Source: Chrysomallon squamiferum (lineage: Eukaryota > Animalia > Mollusca). Taken from it: a stretch of 64,000 nucleotides of DNA. Under the pieces are notes generated by a model. That model saw nothing but the letters and a program-made list of their open reading frames with translations. It did not search any database and was not told the origin of the DNA. Where the stretch lies: assembly GCA_012295275.1 (NCBI GenBank), contig CM022670.1:1178001-1242000 (forward strand), in the 5' to 3' direction. The translations under genes were made by a program, and so were the position numbers. Every line of letters starts with the position of its first letter. Position 1 is the stretch's first letter. Positions 1-14,172 of the stretch are shown here, piece after piece.

Positions 1-1195
1 CAAAGCCTACTACTTTACGTCACAGTTATAATATACTTTTACGTAATCACTGGCAGCACCAGATATAAAACGTTTTGGATTCGCGCCTGAAATCAGTTAT
101 CACTGAAGATGAAGATTTCTTCAGTCCAACTGTTTGACAAATCACTGAATCTCTCGTTTTCTCTCCAATTTCTTACGTAATGCACCTTTTGCACTTATTC
201 ATTATTTTGCATTCATAAGATGAAATCTGCGGAACTGGACGTTGTTCGATCAATTCTCGTCAACGCACATACGGAAACGTCTTTCAAATTTCAGCGGATT
301 TCAGTGATAAAAATCATTATAACGAGCTGAATTAACTGTTGAGTTTAAATGAAACTTTTCTTAATTTTGTTTTTATACAGAATGAATTTAGAAAAGAAAA
401 AGAATAATGAAAAAAAAATATTTAAAATTAATAAATAAAATAAATAAATAAATAAGCAAATGAACAATTACAAACTTCACTTGTGTTAACAGAAGCAAAT
501 ATTACTCCTAACAACACAAACTGTAGCACCAGCTAAAACAACAACATAAAAAAAACCTCCTATCGTCAGTATGTTCTTCATAAAAGTAAAAATAGCATGA
601 TTTATTGGAGTGCGTGTATTTCTCATTGGAAACGGTTTGGGAGTGTACGAGAAAAATACTTCACAGTCTCAAACATTTTCAAGCAACCCTTTGATCAGAA
701 ACGTACGTCAGATTTTTTCTTTCATCTGGAAACAACCATGCTTGTTTTCCCGTCGTTAACTAAGTCGTCCGCGGGCCAAACGAAGAGGCTGACATTTCAC
801 ATTCAAAGTCAAAACTCGCGCTTCGGTCTAAGACAATGGCGTCAGAACATCCTCCATGACAACAAGGGAGGTAATTACGAACTACTCTCCTCTTTCCTTT
901 CGGCGTAACTGGAGGGCAGATGTTTTCTTTTTTCTTTGACGAGAATTTTTCTAAGTGTTTGTTGTTTATCTGATGTGTAACTGCATCGGAATGTAATTAT
1001 TTTTAATTTTCATTTATAATTCTGTTTATTACGATCGGATCATGCCCAGGGAAATGATATTTTTGCGTTTAAGTTGGCGTATATAGAAAGAACTGCGCAC
1101 TGTCACGAATGAATGATTAACGATATTATAACAAAAAGAAAATAATAATAAATAAATGATTATTAGGGTTAAATTATACGTTTGTTATATAATTA

Positions 1196-1300
1196 GAGAA
1201 GAAACCCGCTTCTGCCTATCAATTAGCAGCAAAAAACGCTTTACACGGACTTTCCGATAGAAAGAAAACGAATATACAACAGCTTTTGATACAGGAACGT
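1196..1300 (-). mobile_element. Degenerate SINE fragment, same family as 59875-60100
   Basis: GAAACCCGCT...ATTAGCAGCAAA (exact reverse complement of 59975-59986) ...TTTGATACAGGAACG. Confidence 0.45.
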
Positions 1301-1489
1301 TTCAATCGAACAGCAGTGTGCTCCATGTTTATAATGACCGATTTACACTCAGTAACTCTTCATATTAAATGTTTTTATAATACAACCAAAACTACATCCA
1401 GTTTCGTTCTTTTAATGAAACCCTCAAATAACAAAACCCTATCTGAAATGTGATCCACTCCTGATTTTAACACTGAATATCTTCACAGA

Positions 1490-1524
<35 letters not shown>

Positions 1525-2371
1525 GTCAGGCAACAACAAAAACTTTAAAGTAGAGAACGAAAAAAGAAACATAAAAAATCGTTAGAAATTAAATATTTTA
1601 GATCTTAGAGTCTTAAAAGTCACTGAACAAATGAAAACTGATAACATCATATATGTAGTGTAAAATTATGCTAATGTTTGAAACAAAAAAGATGTATATA
1701 AAAAAAAAAACCTAACTGATTTACATTATTCCATAAAAGTCTCCCTAGATCCAGATCACTAATTTTTAGACTGTATCTTCCTGATACAAGGTATTCAGAT
1801 ATTCGCCACGATTCGTCAGTCTCTCTCTCTCTCTCTCTCTCTCTCCTACCTGTGACTGAACTTCATTTAAAAGATTGCATACTGATGCCTAAAATTAAGA
1901 ATTCTCATTAAAAAGCAAACTGATTATCTCTCAGGTTTTTACGCAAGACTTACATTTACACTTTAGCAAGAAATCAAAAATAAGATTATTCCAGTTGACT
2001 TTAGGAAGCAATAGCAACAGAATCGTGTGTACAACATGTCGAATGCTTTCATCCAAGTTGCATATTCTAAACGAAACCAGAAATAAAATAAAATAAATAA
2101 TTGTTCCAAGAAAAATAAAAGCAAATAGTAGTGAGGAAATCGTGCATATAACCTGCCCATAGCTTTTACCCAACTTGCGTGTTCTCGGTTTGACAAAACC
2201 TTATTAGAAAGAAGAGTGAGAGAGATACAAAAAAAGAAGGTAAATTGCCTGCAGAGAATTCCTGTCGCTTTTAACGACTAACAAGTCGTAAAGAAGCAAG
2301 TCAGAGAATCACAGGCGTAGAGAATCGATCAGAGTACGTGTATACAGTCCCGCGGTAAATGACACTGAGCT

Positions 2372-2415
2372 TTCGACCAATCACAAAGCGTATCTCCAGG
2401 CTGTCGACCAATCAG
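2372..2415 (+). promoter_or_regulatory. Paired CCAAT (NF-Y-type) boxes upstream of the GPCR
   Basis: TCGACCAATCA occurs twice, with CCAAT at 2377 and 2408. The 31-bp spacing is about three helical turns, and the pair lies 230-260 bp before the ATG in a locally CpG-rich stretch. Confidence 0.5.
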
Positions 2416-2637
2416 TGATCACCCGACTTGGCGCACAAATCTGTACCGCCTTTGGATAAACTTTTCTTCTAGTTAATTTTAGTTAGTCCAACCTAGTCGA
2501 AGTATGGACTGGAATTGTGTCTTAGTTTCTGTTTCATAAAAAAAAATTAAAATATAGACGGGTGCTAAAAAAAAAAAAGAAGAGAAATAAAAAATTTTTT
2601 TAAAACCCGTCAGTGGCGGCTGAGTGATCTTTCTGGG

Positions 2638-2974
2638 ATGTACGTCTACAATGATTCCAATGAATCTTTCTACGGTAACGTCAGTGACGTGGTCGGTAAC
2701 GTCAGGCGCTACTCGGGATTACGTCTCAGTGCGGAGATTCAGATTGCTCTGTACAGCATCATCTTTCTTCTGTCGGTTACTGGAAACATTCTCATTATTG
2801 TCACGCTCATTCAGAACAAGAGGATGAGGACTGTGACCAACGTGTTTCTCCTCAATCTGGCCATCAGTGATCTCCTCTTGGCGGTGTTCTGCATGCCCTT
2901 CACCTTGGTGCCCGTCCTCCTCCAGAACTTCATCTTTGGTGCTGTTATGTGTGTCATGATCAGATATCTTCAAG
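2638..2974 (+). CDS. CCKAR: Cholecystokinin/sulfakinin-type class A GPCR, coding exon 1 of 3 (N-terminus, TM1-TM2, start of TM3)
   Basis: Reads MYVYNDSNES...LYSIIFLLSVTGNILIIVTLIQNKRMRTVTNVFLLNLAISDLLLAVFCMPFTL. The RMRTVTNxFLxxLAxSDL..CMPF signature is typical of CCK receptors. The N-terminus has three N-glycosylation sequons (NDS, NES, NVS). Donor CAAG|GTAAGA at 2974/2975, phase 1. The symbol denotes the family, since the A/B subtype split is vertebrate-specific. Confidence 0.9.
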
Positions 2975-3212
2975 GTAAGATGGCGCAGACCACGTTTTCT
3001 TTCATTGTCCTTCCTTGCACATCCATATAATGTTTGTTTTTTCTTTTATTTCATTGTCTTTAACGCCATTGATTAACTTTTGCTCAGTTCCTTCTTCTTA
3101 CGTGTCATAGGTTAATTTTGTTTATTATGTATCAAAGGGTAAAAGTATAAGGATAATATTAAAATATGTCTGTTCATAATGAAGGATCTATGGAGAGCAG
3201 GAGGTAGAAGAA

Positions 3213-3262
<50 letters not shown>

Positions 3263-3281
3263 TTACTACTACTACTACTAT
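3213..3281. repeat. (TAC)n microsatellite
   Basis: Read directly from the sequence. Confidence 0.95.
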
Positions 3282-4144
3282 TAATAAAATCAGTGGTAAC
3301 TTGTATTAAATGTACCAATGGTCGTAATTATTAATGTTGTTACATATAAATGAATGGTTTAATCTCGTTGATCATGATATACTCTGTTGTTTTATTTAGC
3401 AGAGGCGTTAAGAATTATATTTAAACCGTTTTGTTAACAGCAATGTTGTCTGTTTTGTTATGGACATCTAGAAAAATAATTATTGATTTACTTGTTCTTA
3501 TAAGGTTTCATTATACTAGAAATATATTTAATTTTTAAGAATTCTGCTGTTAAGTAATTCATATTTCCAGCTTTCATTTTTAGCTGGATGTCAGGTTTAT
3601 TTATGAAAACTGCAAACAAAGAAATTAATAAACAAAAAATAAATAAACATAAAGATATACAAACACATTACAACAACAACAACAACAAAAAAAAAAAAAA
3701 AAAAAAAAAGAAGAAGAAGTAGAAAATAACGAGAACAAGAATAACAAACAGACAAGTATTTCTTCGATGGACCACAATCCGTACCGATACTTAAAATAGC
3801 GAAAACATCTTTATAAACATTTGATTACAAATTAACCCGTATTTAATTCTTACATCAGTAATTACAGAGCAGACGTCATGCCTCTCCGCCGATAACTCCC
3901 TGCATCAGAAGCCAGCTAAGACTGGTCTTTACTCTGTTAAAAAAACTCGCTGTCATGATTCCACGTAACTTTATTAAGAGACAATACAATTTCAAAGAAA
4001 AACGCAACACGTCGTCTAAAAGCAGTGCTGGATGACTGGAATTAAAACTTACAGTTCAGGAATTCAATTAACTGATTTTTTCAGATCTGTGTTATTGGAC
4101 ATTAAGATAACAGTAATTCTTTTGTACATTTATTGTGATCTCAT

Positions 4145-4422
<278 letters not shown>

Positions 4423-5004
4423 GCTTGCTCTCCCAGTTTCATATAATTTGTTTTCGCTATCGATGGGCATATCTGGTTGTCATTCCATTAATCTGATTGT
4501 CTGTCAGTATCTGCCTTCCTTGAGTCTATCAGTTTATTGTGATTTCTTCTAACCATCGATATGTGTATCTGACCGCCCATCCTTTTCTTCATCTGTCTAA
4601 AAGCATACACTTAGAACGTTGTGTTTTCTGTTTTATGGAAACAATAACGAAGTCATCTATAACCGTATTAAATTGCCCTCATATATAAAACCACATTAGA
4701 ACGACTGAACGACATTAAAAAGAAATAATTGTAGCAAAAAATAAAAAAAGAAGAAATAAAAGCCTGTTTTCGATAATTAGAAAAGGATATAAATTACAGA
4801 AAGACCGTTTATTACTGCATGGCTCACCGACATGTAAAACGGTTCACGTTAACGTACAAGATATTTTCATTTAGGTAATGAAACTAGCGAAGCGTCAGTG
4901 TAATTAAGTAATGTACACACTGATGAGTGCAAAGTTAAGATAATGAACGATATATCAACATGTGTTAATGATTATTACACATTACGTTTCCATCGATATT
5001 TTTG

Positions 5005-5150
5005 TCCCAAGGGTTACTCTTTTCGATTAATTAGCAAAATACTGTTAATATGCACCTTCTTATAGACAGCGGATTTTGAAAAAGCGGGAAAGAATTAGCT
5101 GGAACAGAGAATGTTCAAATAGAAGGGCGATGAGGACCGATCCCCTGATC
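5005..5150 (-). mobile_element. Degenerate SINE fragment, same family
   Basis: GGGTTACTCTTTTCGATTA...ATATGCACC...AGACAG...GCTGGAAC (reverse complement of 59932-59939)...CGATCCC. Confidence 0.45.
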
Positions 5151-6410
5151 TTTCGTTTTTCATTGACGTTCTCACTGAGTTACTGTTAGCTCTTTAATAA
5201 ACAGGACTTTTCTAATGTGCTGTGTAAGGACGCCTGTGCTTGGGTTGTTATGAAGTTAGCTCTGCTGAATTCGACAATTTCCTGCCGTTAATGTTCATTA
5301 TGCTGTTACTAATTGAGTTTTATCGTGAGCAAAGTGCAAAAAGGTAAATTAAAAAGGTGGTATCAAAGGTGAAAATAATTTTGGCGAGTAATACCTCGGT
5401 TTTAACTATCTCTTGTAATGGTTATGTGTGTCCTCCGATCTCATCTGCTGTTTATCATCATCTTTCCTTCTTTCTTTTACCGTCTGTTTTTGTTTTTCTC
5501 CTTCTCGCTTCTCTTTTCTTTCATTCAGAATGCCTGACAATCAAATTCTGTCTTTTTATTTTTTGAATAATACATCTTTTCGTTTTAATCCCTCTACCAT
5601 CCATCCATTCTACCGTTCATCTACCTTCCAAACACATTCTGTCTGCGTCTGTTATCTTTCTATCGGTCTATCTGTCACATTGTTTGTCTATCCGACTCTC
5701 TGCCTATCTGTGTGTTTGTCAGTATATCTGTTTCTCTATCTATAGAGATAATAATAATAATAATACGAATAAAATTGTAAAGATGATAACAATGACTGCA
5801 ATGATAACGTTCATGGTTATGATGACTTCATAACCTATATATGGCTGAAACATTTTATATTTATATACATAACGTTATGTCTGTATTTTATAACTGAAAT
5901 GTACGAGAAAATTAAATCTTATTTTCACTTGGAATGTTTATTACCTTTTCCGAAAGTTTCGAAACAGGAAACGAGACACCCATTTTGTTAAAAGCTCGAG
6001 TTAAATTTATTTTACTTTTGAGCACCGCAAAACAGCAGTTACATTGCATTTCTAACTTTACTCCGTTTTATTTCAAGTTCTCTCGGGGTTAGTTAAAACA
6101 CATACCTTAGGCGAGACGGGTTATGTGGTCAAATATTTTTAGTGAACCCATTAACGTTATTTCCCGTTCTATTCAGCTCCACAGAAAGAATATGAGAACG
6201 TGAATATAATGCATTCTTTATTCCTTTGTTTTTAATCAACAAGAGATCAGTTAGTATTTCAAGAACAATGAACAGGTTTCCTCTCTAACTGTCTTACATA
6301 AAGATGATATTTCGGACTTTGTACTCCGGAAAGGCACGAATGAACATATCTCTTATACTAAACATTATCCTCCTCACTAAATAACTGTCTTGTATTCATT
6401 CATTCGATTT

Positions 6411-6414
<4 letters not shown>

Positions 6415-6497
<83 letters not shown>
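6415..6497. repeat. (CT)n microsatellite
   Basis: Read directly from the sequence. Confidence 0.95.
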
Positions 6498-6500
<3 letters not shown>

Positions 6501-9500
6501 AATAATAATTTTTAAAAATCTTAGAATCTAACTATGTGTGATTCCTACTCGTGTTAAAGGGAGGACAACGTTTTGCAAGTAGCAAGGCAACACTGCGTAT
6601 CCATTACTCGTTCATTTCCTGTTGCCAGACATACACACGTAGTAACAAAACTCCTCACTGACTGAGAGGGAAGTATCATTCATTGTGTCACAGCTCTTCC
6701 CTGACAGCAATCTCGAAATTCTATTTGTGAACATTTTCTCACATTCGTAATTAATTTGATGGAGGGTTTCTTTCTTTGGAAGGGCAAAAACAAACAAATC
6801 GACAAGTACAAATACAGTAAAAAAGTGAAAATTCGTTATCTGCCTATGTTGTATAAACAAAATTATTTTTGCTTCCCTGTAGCTGTTAGAATAAAACTTA
6901 ATTCAAACACAATATTTTTATTCTCTACAGCTGTTTATCGGATGCCATATGTACACAAGTAGTTTTGAAACCTCAGTCCATTTTTGAAAAAAAAATGTAT
7001 CACATGCAATTTTTATCTTAACTATTTTATCAAAAGCTATTCCAAAACTATCATTTTTTTAAATTTTTTTTTTTTTTTTTATCCTTTACATTTTACTATC
7101 AGACGTCATAAATCACAGATTTTTAATTTTTTTATTATTATTTTTTTTAATCGTATATAACAGGTGCTGTTCACAAAGGTCATACAAACAATCTGTTCTC
7201 TACAGAACTCGTTAAACAGACTTCCGGCAGAGAGACACATACTTTCTCTTTGTCATGATGATTGTCTTTTCAGATACTTAACAACAAATTACGGTTCAAA
7301 TAACTAAAAAGTCATGGTCTTAATACTAAATACTAATAAAAAAAAAAAAAAATACATATTATGTGTTTAATCTATTTGTAAGATTATAGATATTTCATTC
7401 AGAAATTAATTAACAGCGTACAAGATTTAAAATTTCTGACATTATCTTACACTCTTTTTAATTTTGAAAGTATAATTCAGAAACGTTTTATCAAATATGT
7501 TTGAAACACCATGTTAAGAATCACATCGTTGTTCTAACTGTGTCTGAACACAATTATTATTTAACTAACAGTTTACATTACGACTAGGTAACTCAACCAC
7601 AGCTCAGGAAACAACGTCATGCCACTCTAAAACTCCGAGTCCAGTCTGAAATGAGTTCAGATCTCTAACTTCAGGTTATCAAACAAGTGAAAAACTTAAT
7701 AACTAACCGCTCTATTACACACCAGTGATGACGTAACAGAAATACGAAACAAGAAATGTTGATTCTTCATCTGCTTAATGATACAGTAGAATAGTCATTA
7801 ATTAGATCAATATTTGGTGTTTATTTTGTTTTTATTTCTCTTCAACATCATCATGGTCATGAACATGGTCATCATCGCCAACACCAATATACTTTTCTTT
7901 TCCATTATCTTCATGATTATCTTTTTCTTCTTCTTCATTCCCAAACTCTCCCATATTAATAAATATCAGAAAAGATGAAATATAGAAAAAATTTTAAAAA
8001 AAAATCTCGTATTACATCAGTCATCTATTTTTTCTAATCATCATCATCAACGTCACACATTTCTTCTTAATTATAGTCATTATATCATTATGTTTTTATC
8101 TCATAAGTCATCATCCTTATCATCATCATTAACATTGTCATCAATATTAATTTCTTCTTCTTCTTCTGTTTTTTTTTTTTTTTGCTTCTTAACAGTTCAC
8201 ATCATGATTTCCATTCTAAATAAATAATTTCTAAAAAGTAACAATAAACGTGAAACACTGCGAGTACGTCGTGTAGATAAGTCAAACTACGTCAACTCAC
8301 ACCAGTTGGGTGCCTAAAGAAACAAATCGAAGATAATGTTTCATCGAACCGAATGACCCGTTTCATTATGAATCAATCAATGAAACTAATTCTCCCTCTT
8401 CCATCTAGGCTCTCGAGCTTTTCCTACGAGAGCGGAAGGTTCGGGGATTATAGTTTTAACATAACAATAAACTACTAACGCGCACTAACACGCAAATTTA
8501 ATAATCCCGTCACGTCGCTTTGTCACGCTGGTTACGGTTTATACTTAGATGTTTTTCTAAAATAAAAAAAATCACACTCTTTTTCATTCTGCGAAGTGGT
8601 GGAAATGTCGAGTTGTTGTGACTGAAGTCGTTTCAAAGAGATCAAATGGATCATGAAGACACGAGTGTTTGCGCTGAAGCTAAAAAGCGGACGCGTTATC
8701 GCCCGAGGCGTGGCGGTTCTCGCGATCGATTCCTCTTGCTGGATTTGTTTAGTTTCGTGACTGCTCTATCTTTGCAGTTCAATGCTTACTGTATTAGTCG
8801 GCTGTTAAAGATTACATTTGTCAACCAGCAGTCCGTTTGTTATGTTTGGGTACATCAAAGTAGTTTATTGTTGTTGGGTGTCCACAAATATTCATTCCTG
8901 CTGTCGTTGATTGTTAAAGGTTATGTCTCTACGTGTACTGTGTTACTGTGTTATCGAGAAATGTTATAGATCTTGCCCAGGAGGTCTGTGTATGAATAAA
9001 GAAAACCTATACAATATATATAGTGTATTTTATCTTAGTCAATGAAAATATAAAGATTGTCATAGCTATTTTGTGTTTTAAGATAGTATTGATTCCTTAA
9101 ATAAATCGTAACCGATTTGAGAAAATCGAACTTTTACATTTCCAGTGTAATCGTAAAGTATTCGACTTTATTAGTAATGTAATGTATTTATTATAAGTCG
9201 TTTATTGTTTCCTTAGAAAAATAAACCGAGAAAAATATTTTTCCTTTTCTGCCTTCCTTCTTTATCAGTCAGGTGATATTCTTCAAAGTTAAGATTTTTA
9301 TTTTGACGTTTGCATATTCTATTACTATAGCAATATAAAGATGCATAATATTACCACAGTGATGGCGTCACCACCCCCTTGTTTCACCACACACTGTAAA
9401 GGGCGGAATATGAAACAAATACGTTCAGTTTTAATAATGGAAGTGTAAATACTCTAAGGATGTCTACCACTTTAATAACACGATACTGGCACCGACGTAT

Positions 9501-9792
9501 TTTACTAAGATTTGATCCAAACTAACTTCTGATTTCCTGGGCTTTTCAAATCTTTAGCGACTCAGTTACTTATTATTATTATTATTATTATTAGTTCGTA
9601 ATATGATGCTATCACATTGTATTTTCTATTATTTATTTATTTATTTATTTGGTTTTCTATTATTTATTTATTTTTACATTATTATTTTGTTATATTTTTA
9701 ATATTAAAGTGAGGATGAAAATACATTTTAAAATCTAACTGCAGTAAAGAATATGTAATCATAACGTATGACTAAATAAACAGACTGGTGGG

Positions 9793-11085
9793 CAGACAGA
9801 TAAATAGCTAGAGAGTCAGAGAGAAAGACAGACAGATAAATAGCTAGAGAGTCAGAGAGAAAGACAGACAGATAAATAGCTAGAGAGACAGAGAGAAAGA
9901 CAGACAGATAAATAGCTAGAGAGACAGACAGAAAGACAGACAGATAAATAGCTAGAGAGACAGAGAGAAAGACAGACAGATAAATAGCTAGAGAGACAGA
10001 CAGAAAGACAGACAGATAAATAGCTAGAGAGACAGAGAGAAAGACAGACAGATAAATAGCTAGGAGAGAAAGACAGACAGATAAATAGCTAGAGAGACAG
10101 AGAGAAAGACAGACAGATAAATAGCTAGAGAGACAGACAGAAAGACAGACAGATAAATAGCTAGAGAGACAGAGAGAAAGACAGACAGATAAATAGCTAG
10201 AGAGACAGAGAGAAAGACAGACAGATAAATAGCTAGAGAGACAGAGAGAAAGACAGACAGATAAATAGCTAGAGAGACAGAGAGAAAGACAGACAGATAA
10301 ATAGCTAGAGAGACAGAGAGAAAGACAGACAGATAAATAGCTAGAGAGACAGACAGAAAGAAAGACAGACAGATAAATAGCTAGAGAGACAGACAGAAAG
10401 ACAGACAGATAAATAGCTAGAGAGACAGAGAGAAAGACAGACAGATAAATAGCTAGAGACAGAGAAAAGACAGACAGATAAATAGCTAGAGAGACAGAGA
10501 GAAAGACAGACAGATAAATAGCTAGAGAGACAGACAGAAAGACAGACAGATAAATAGCTAGAGAGACAGACAGAAAGACAGACAGATAAATAGCTAGAGA
10601 GACAGACAGAAAGACAGACAGATAAATAGCTAGAGAGACAGACAGAAAGACAGACAGACAGATAAATAGCTAGAGAGACAGAGAGAAAGACAGACAGATA
10701 AATAGCTAGAGAGACAGACAGAAAGACAAACAGATAAATAGCTAGAGAGACAGACAGAAAGACAGACAGATAAATAGCTAGAGAGACAGAGAGAAAGACA
10801 GACAGATAAATAGCTAGAGAGACAGAGAGAAAGACAGACAGATAAATAGCTAGAGAGACAGAGAGAAAGACAGACAGATAAATAGCTAGAGAGACAGAGA
10901 GAAAGACAGACAGATAAATAGCTAGAGAGACAGAAAGACAGACAGATAAATAGCTAGAGAGACAGAGAGAAAGACAGACAGATAAATAGCTAGAGAGACA
11001 GAGAGAAAGACAGATAAATAGCTAGAGAGACAGAGAGAAAGACAGACAGATAAATAGCTAGAGAGACAGACAGAAAGACAGACAG
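9793..11085. repeat. 36-bp minisatellite, about 36 copies, in GPCR intron 1
   Basis: Unit GACAGACAGATAAATAGCTAGAGAGACAGA(G/C)AGAAA repeated head-to-tail, with occasional 4-bp indels. Confidence 0.97.
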
Positions 11086-12799
11086 GTAAGCAGATAGATA
11101 TATCATTTTAAAAACAACAGTAAAAACTAAATAAAAATAAAATCTTTCTTCAAATATAAATATAATACTAGTTAACTGGTATTCAAAAGTCAAACACTTT
11201 TCATACCTACATTTAAATAAATACAAAATTCATTTTTCTTTTTCCCATAAATACTTCAGTACAACTTTTCCTTGGAGCTGCTTCATTTTCCAGCCGTTGC
11301 CCGCATATCTATTTGATCAAATCCTGTGTGAAACACATTTTATTACTAGAACTGCATATAAAAGTCTTCGCAAAAATACATTAATTCTAATAAATGTTTC
11401 ACAGAAGTATGACATTTTGAAATCTAAAAGCCGATCATTATATTGAATAATGAATCTACCTACATTATTGATGTCGTAGAACAAAATTAACCGCAACGTT
11501 TTCAAAATTTTATGTTCGTTGCTAAAACATCACACAGCAAAAATTGTTTAGATGAAAGTTATTGATATTCTCTTATTTTAAATCTTTCAAACCAAAGTGT
11601 CCTTGTTTTATAATCTTATTGTCTTGTTTATTTTCATTATCATTAATGAAACTTGCAACTAACGCGCCAAAATGTCCGTGCAGGTGCCTCGTTCACGTAG
11701 GACATGAATCAACAGCGCGGAACACGTCTGACTAATTAAATCTAATAAAATTACACTCTTCTAATTAGACGAATGGCTGTAGTTAGTAACGAAGCCCTGC
11801 TATAAGCAGCTGTGTTTGACTGATTGTCCGCGGTTAGCTGAACTGTAATAAGAGTCTAGCAGCAAACACAGTCATGTTTCCATTTCGAACAAGGACTCAC
11901 CTGAGTCGTGTAATTACAACAAATTACTCTTATTTACGTTTGTCGTGTTGTCAACAAGAAGTTCAGGCTCTGTTTGTTTATTCACTCATTAATTCTTAAC
12001 ATTTTTGTTACCGTTTTACAGTTAGAATTCCTCGTACGAAATTATTTCCTTACTGTAGAAAAATATTTAATAATAACTTTACTGCAATAATAATAATAAT
12101 AAGAAGAAGAAGAAGAAAAAGTAGAAAAATATGAAGAACAGCCATAATAGTAATATTAATAACAATAACAATTGCTGTAGCAACAAATGCACTTTATTAT
12201 TATTGTTGTTTTTGTTGTTGCTGTTATTATTATTATTACTACTACTACTACTAGTGCTGCTATGACTATTATTATTATTGATGATAATTCTGACAGCGGT
12301 GGTTATGATACATCAAAAATAACGATGATAAACAACTAAGCACGTGTATAAAATAGCCAAGCATTTCACACGTACTTTATTGGCCACGTGCGATCTAGAA
12401 AGTTAATAAAGAGATCTACTTGAGCCAGGTTTATATTAATGAGTTGATTGGACGTTATTAGTAATCTTCAGTAATTCGGGGAAATCCTTTCATACGACTC
12501 TAACCAGTGTTTGACTTAATGCCGCGTTAAACGCTTCGCGTAGTTTGGAATGGATTTTCTTTCGCAGATTTATTGGCTTATTTCCATTTTCGAACATGTC
12601 CAGTGATTTGCCTTGTGAAGAAAATCGCGTTACCGTTCATTAATTCTTTTCTCTTGTTATTATTTTTTTTTTTTTTTTTTTTTTTTTTTGTTTCTTCATT
12701 TTTATTTCTTTGTTAATCTTTTCCTGTGGTATATATGCATGTCCGTTTTTCGGATTATTTGTAGTTGCATCTAATTAATTAATCGTCCATGCATTTCCA

Positions 12800-12862
<63 letters not shown>

Positions 12863-13095
12863 CATCAAATTAATTTTGCTTCTGTACAGATATGTATGCA
12901 TTTCTGTTTGAGGGTGTACGTATCTCTGCCTCTGTATGTAGTCTATGGGTGTGTTAGCAATTTCATATCATAGATACTTATATACACCTAAGATCTATTT
13001 ATAAATAGAGATCTGAGCATTGCGGCCATTTTGAGCTTCTCCGTGAAGAATTTTAACCTTGCATCACAACCACTGGTGCGTGGTCCTTTGTAATG

Positions 13096-13239
<144 letters not shown>

Positions 13240-14139
13240 AGTTTCTGACGCTTCATTCAGTCCAACTTTCTGTTATTAAATACATGGACAACGGTTACAC
13301 TTTGTAATCTAGATTTGACCGTTGTCCACACTCGAAATCTGAAACGTTGCCTTTCAATCTCGGGCTAACGTAATAGCTGGCCTCTGATCATCTCGAGCTG
13401 CACGATAATCTAACTAACTCTGAAATCCAATACGTCAACGTCATTACTGCAATCTGTTACCACTGCTCACCGCCACCATCACTGACGTCCTATTTTGCTT
13501 TCGGTTGTGTCTGTAATACTGAACAGCATGTAGGATGGGATCGTTTTTGATTCGCACGCACTGCACGGGTCAGTCTCAGATTAAGCAGTATCTGTGTCGA
13601 CATTATTGTTGTTTATTATGAGCTATAAGCCGCATATGATTTGATAAGTTGTATATAATCAACACGACTTGGTAATGTTTGATCTACACGATACATGTGA
13701 ACTACAGGCCACGTGATTTATATATATTAAATATATAAGGATTTTACAAGCCATATATTTTTCTTGAAAAACAGCTTCAGTAAAAGAAACAACAACAATC
13801 ATTACAATGTCATAACAAAAATAACAACAACAAGAGTGATGATGATGATGATTGTAGTAAGAAGACGAACAGCAAACGAAAACAAACAAAACACATGATA
13901 AAGATAAAGTGGGGTGGGGTTCTAAATCTGAAAACAGCTATTTATACATGGCAAAATTTAATGTGATCGTAAGAAATACAATCTAAGACACTAACGTAGA
14001 AGTAAATATTTATCTTGTTCTGAATTTTTCTCGATACTAATATGCAGTGCTATTTTCTTTACCCAACCGTGTTCCTTCTTCAACAAATATTGAATAACGT
14101 CAGTTCATTGCTGACGCTTTATTCACACAGCATAGGTAT

Positions 14140-14172
<33 letters not shown>

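Noticed and set aside
2674-2705. GGTAACGTCAG repeated twice at 21-bp spacing with a CRE-like TGACGT between
   Set aside because: It lies inside the GPCR N-terminal coding sequence (GNVS..GNVR) and is explained by a small coding duplication.
2719-2973. Antisense or alternate-frame ORFs over real exons (also 15472-15870, 35018-35353, 35575-35906, 38726-38917, 56897-57297)
   Set aside because: These are shadows of coding exons in GC-richer sequence and have no independent motifs.
9793-11085. 36-bp periodic repeat superficially like a CRISPR array
   Set aside because: Units are directly adjacent with no unique spacers, there are no cas genes, and the context is a eukaryotic intron.
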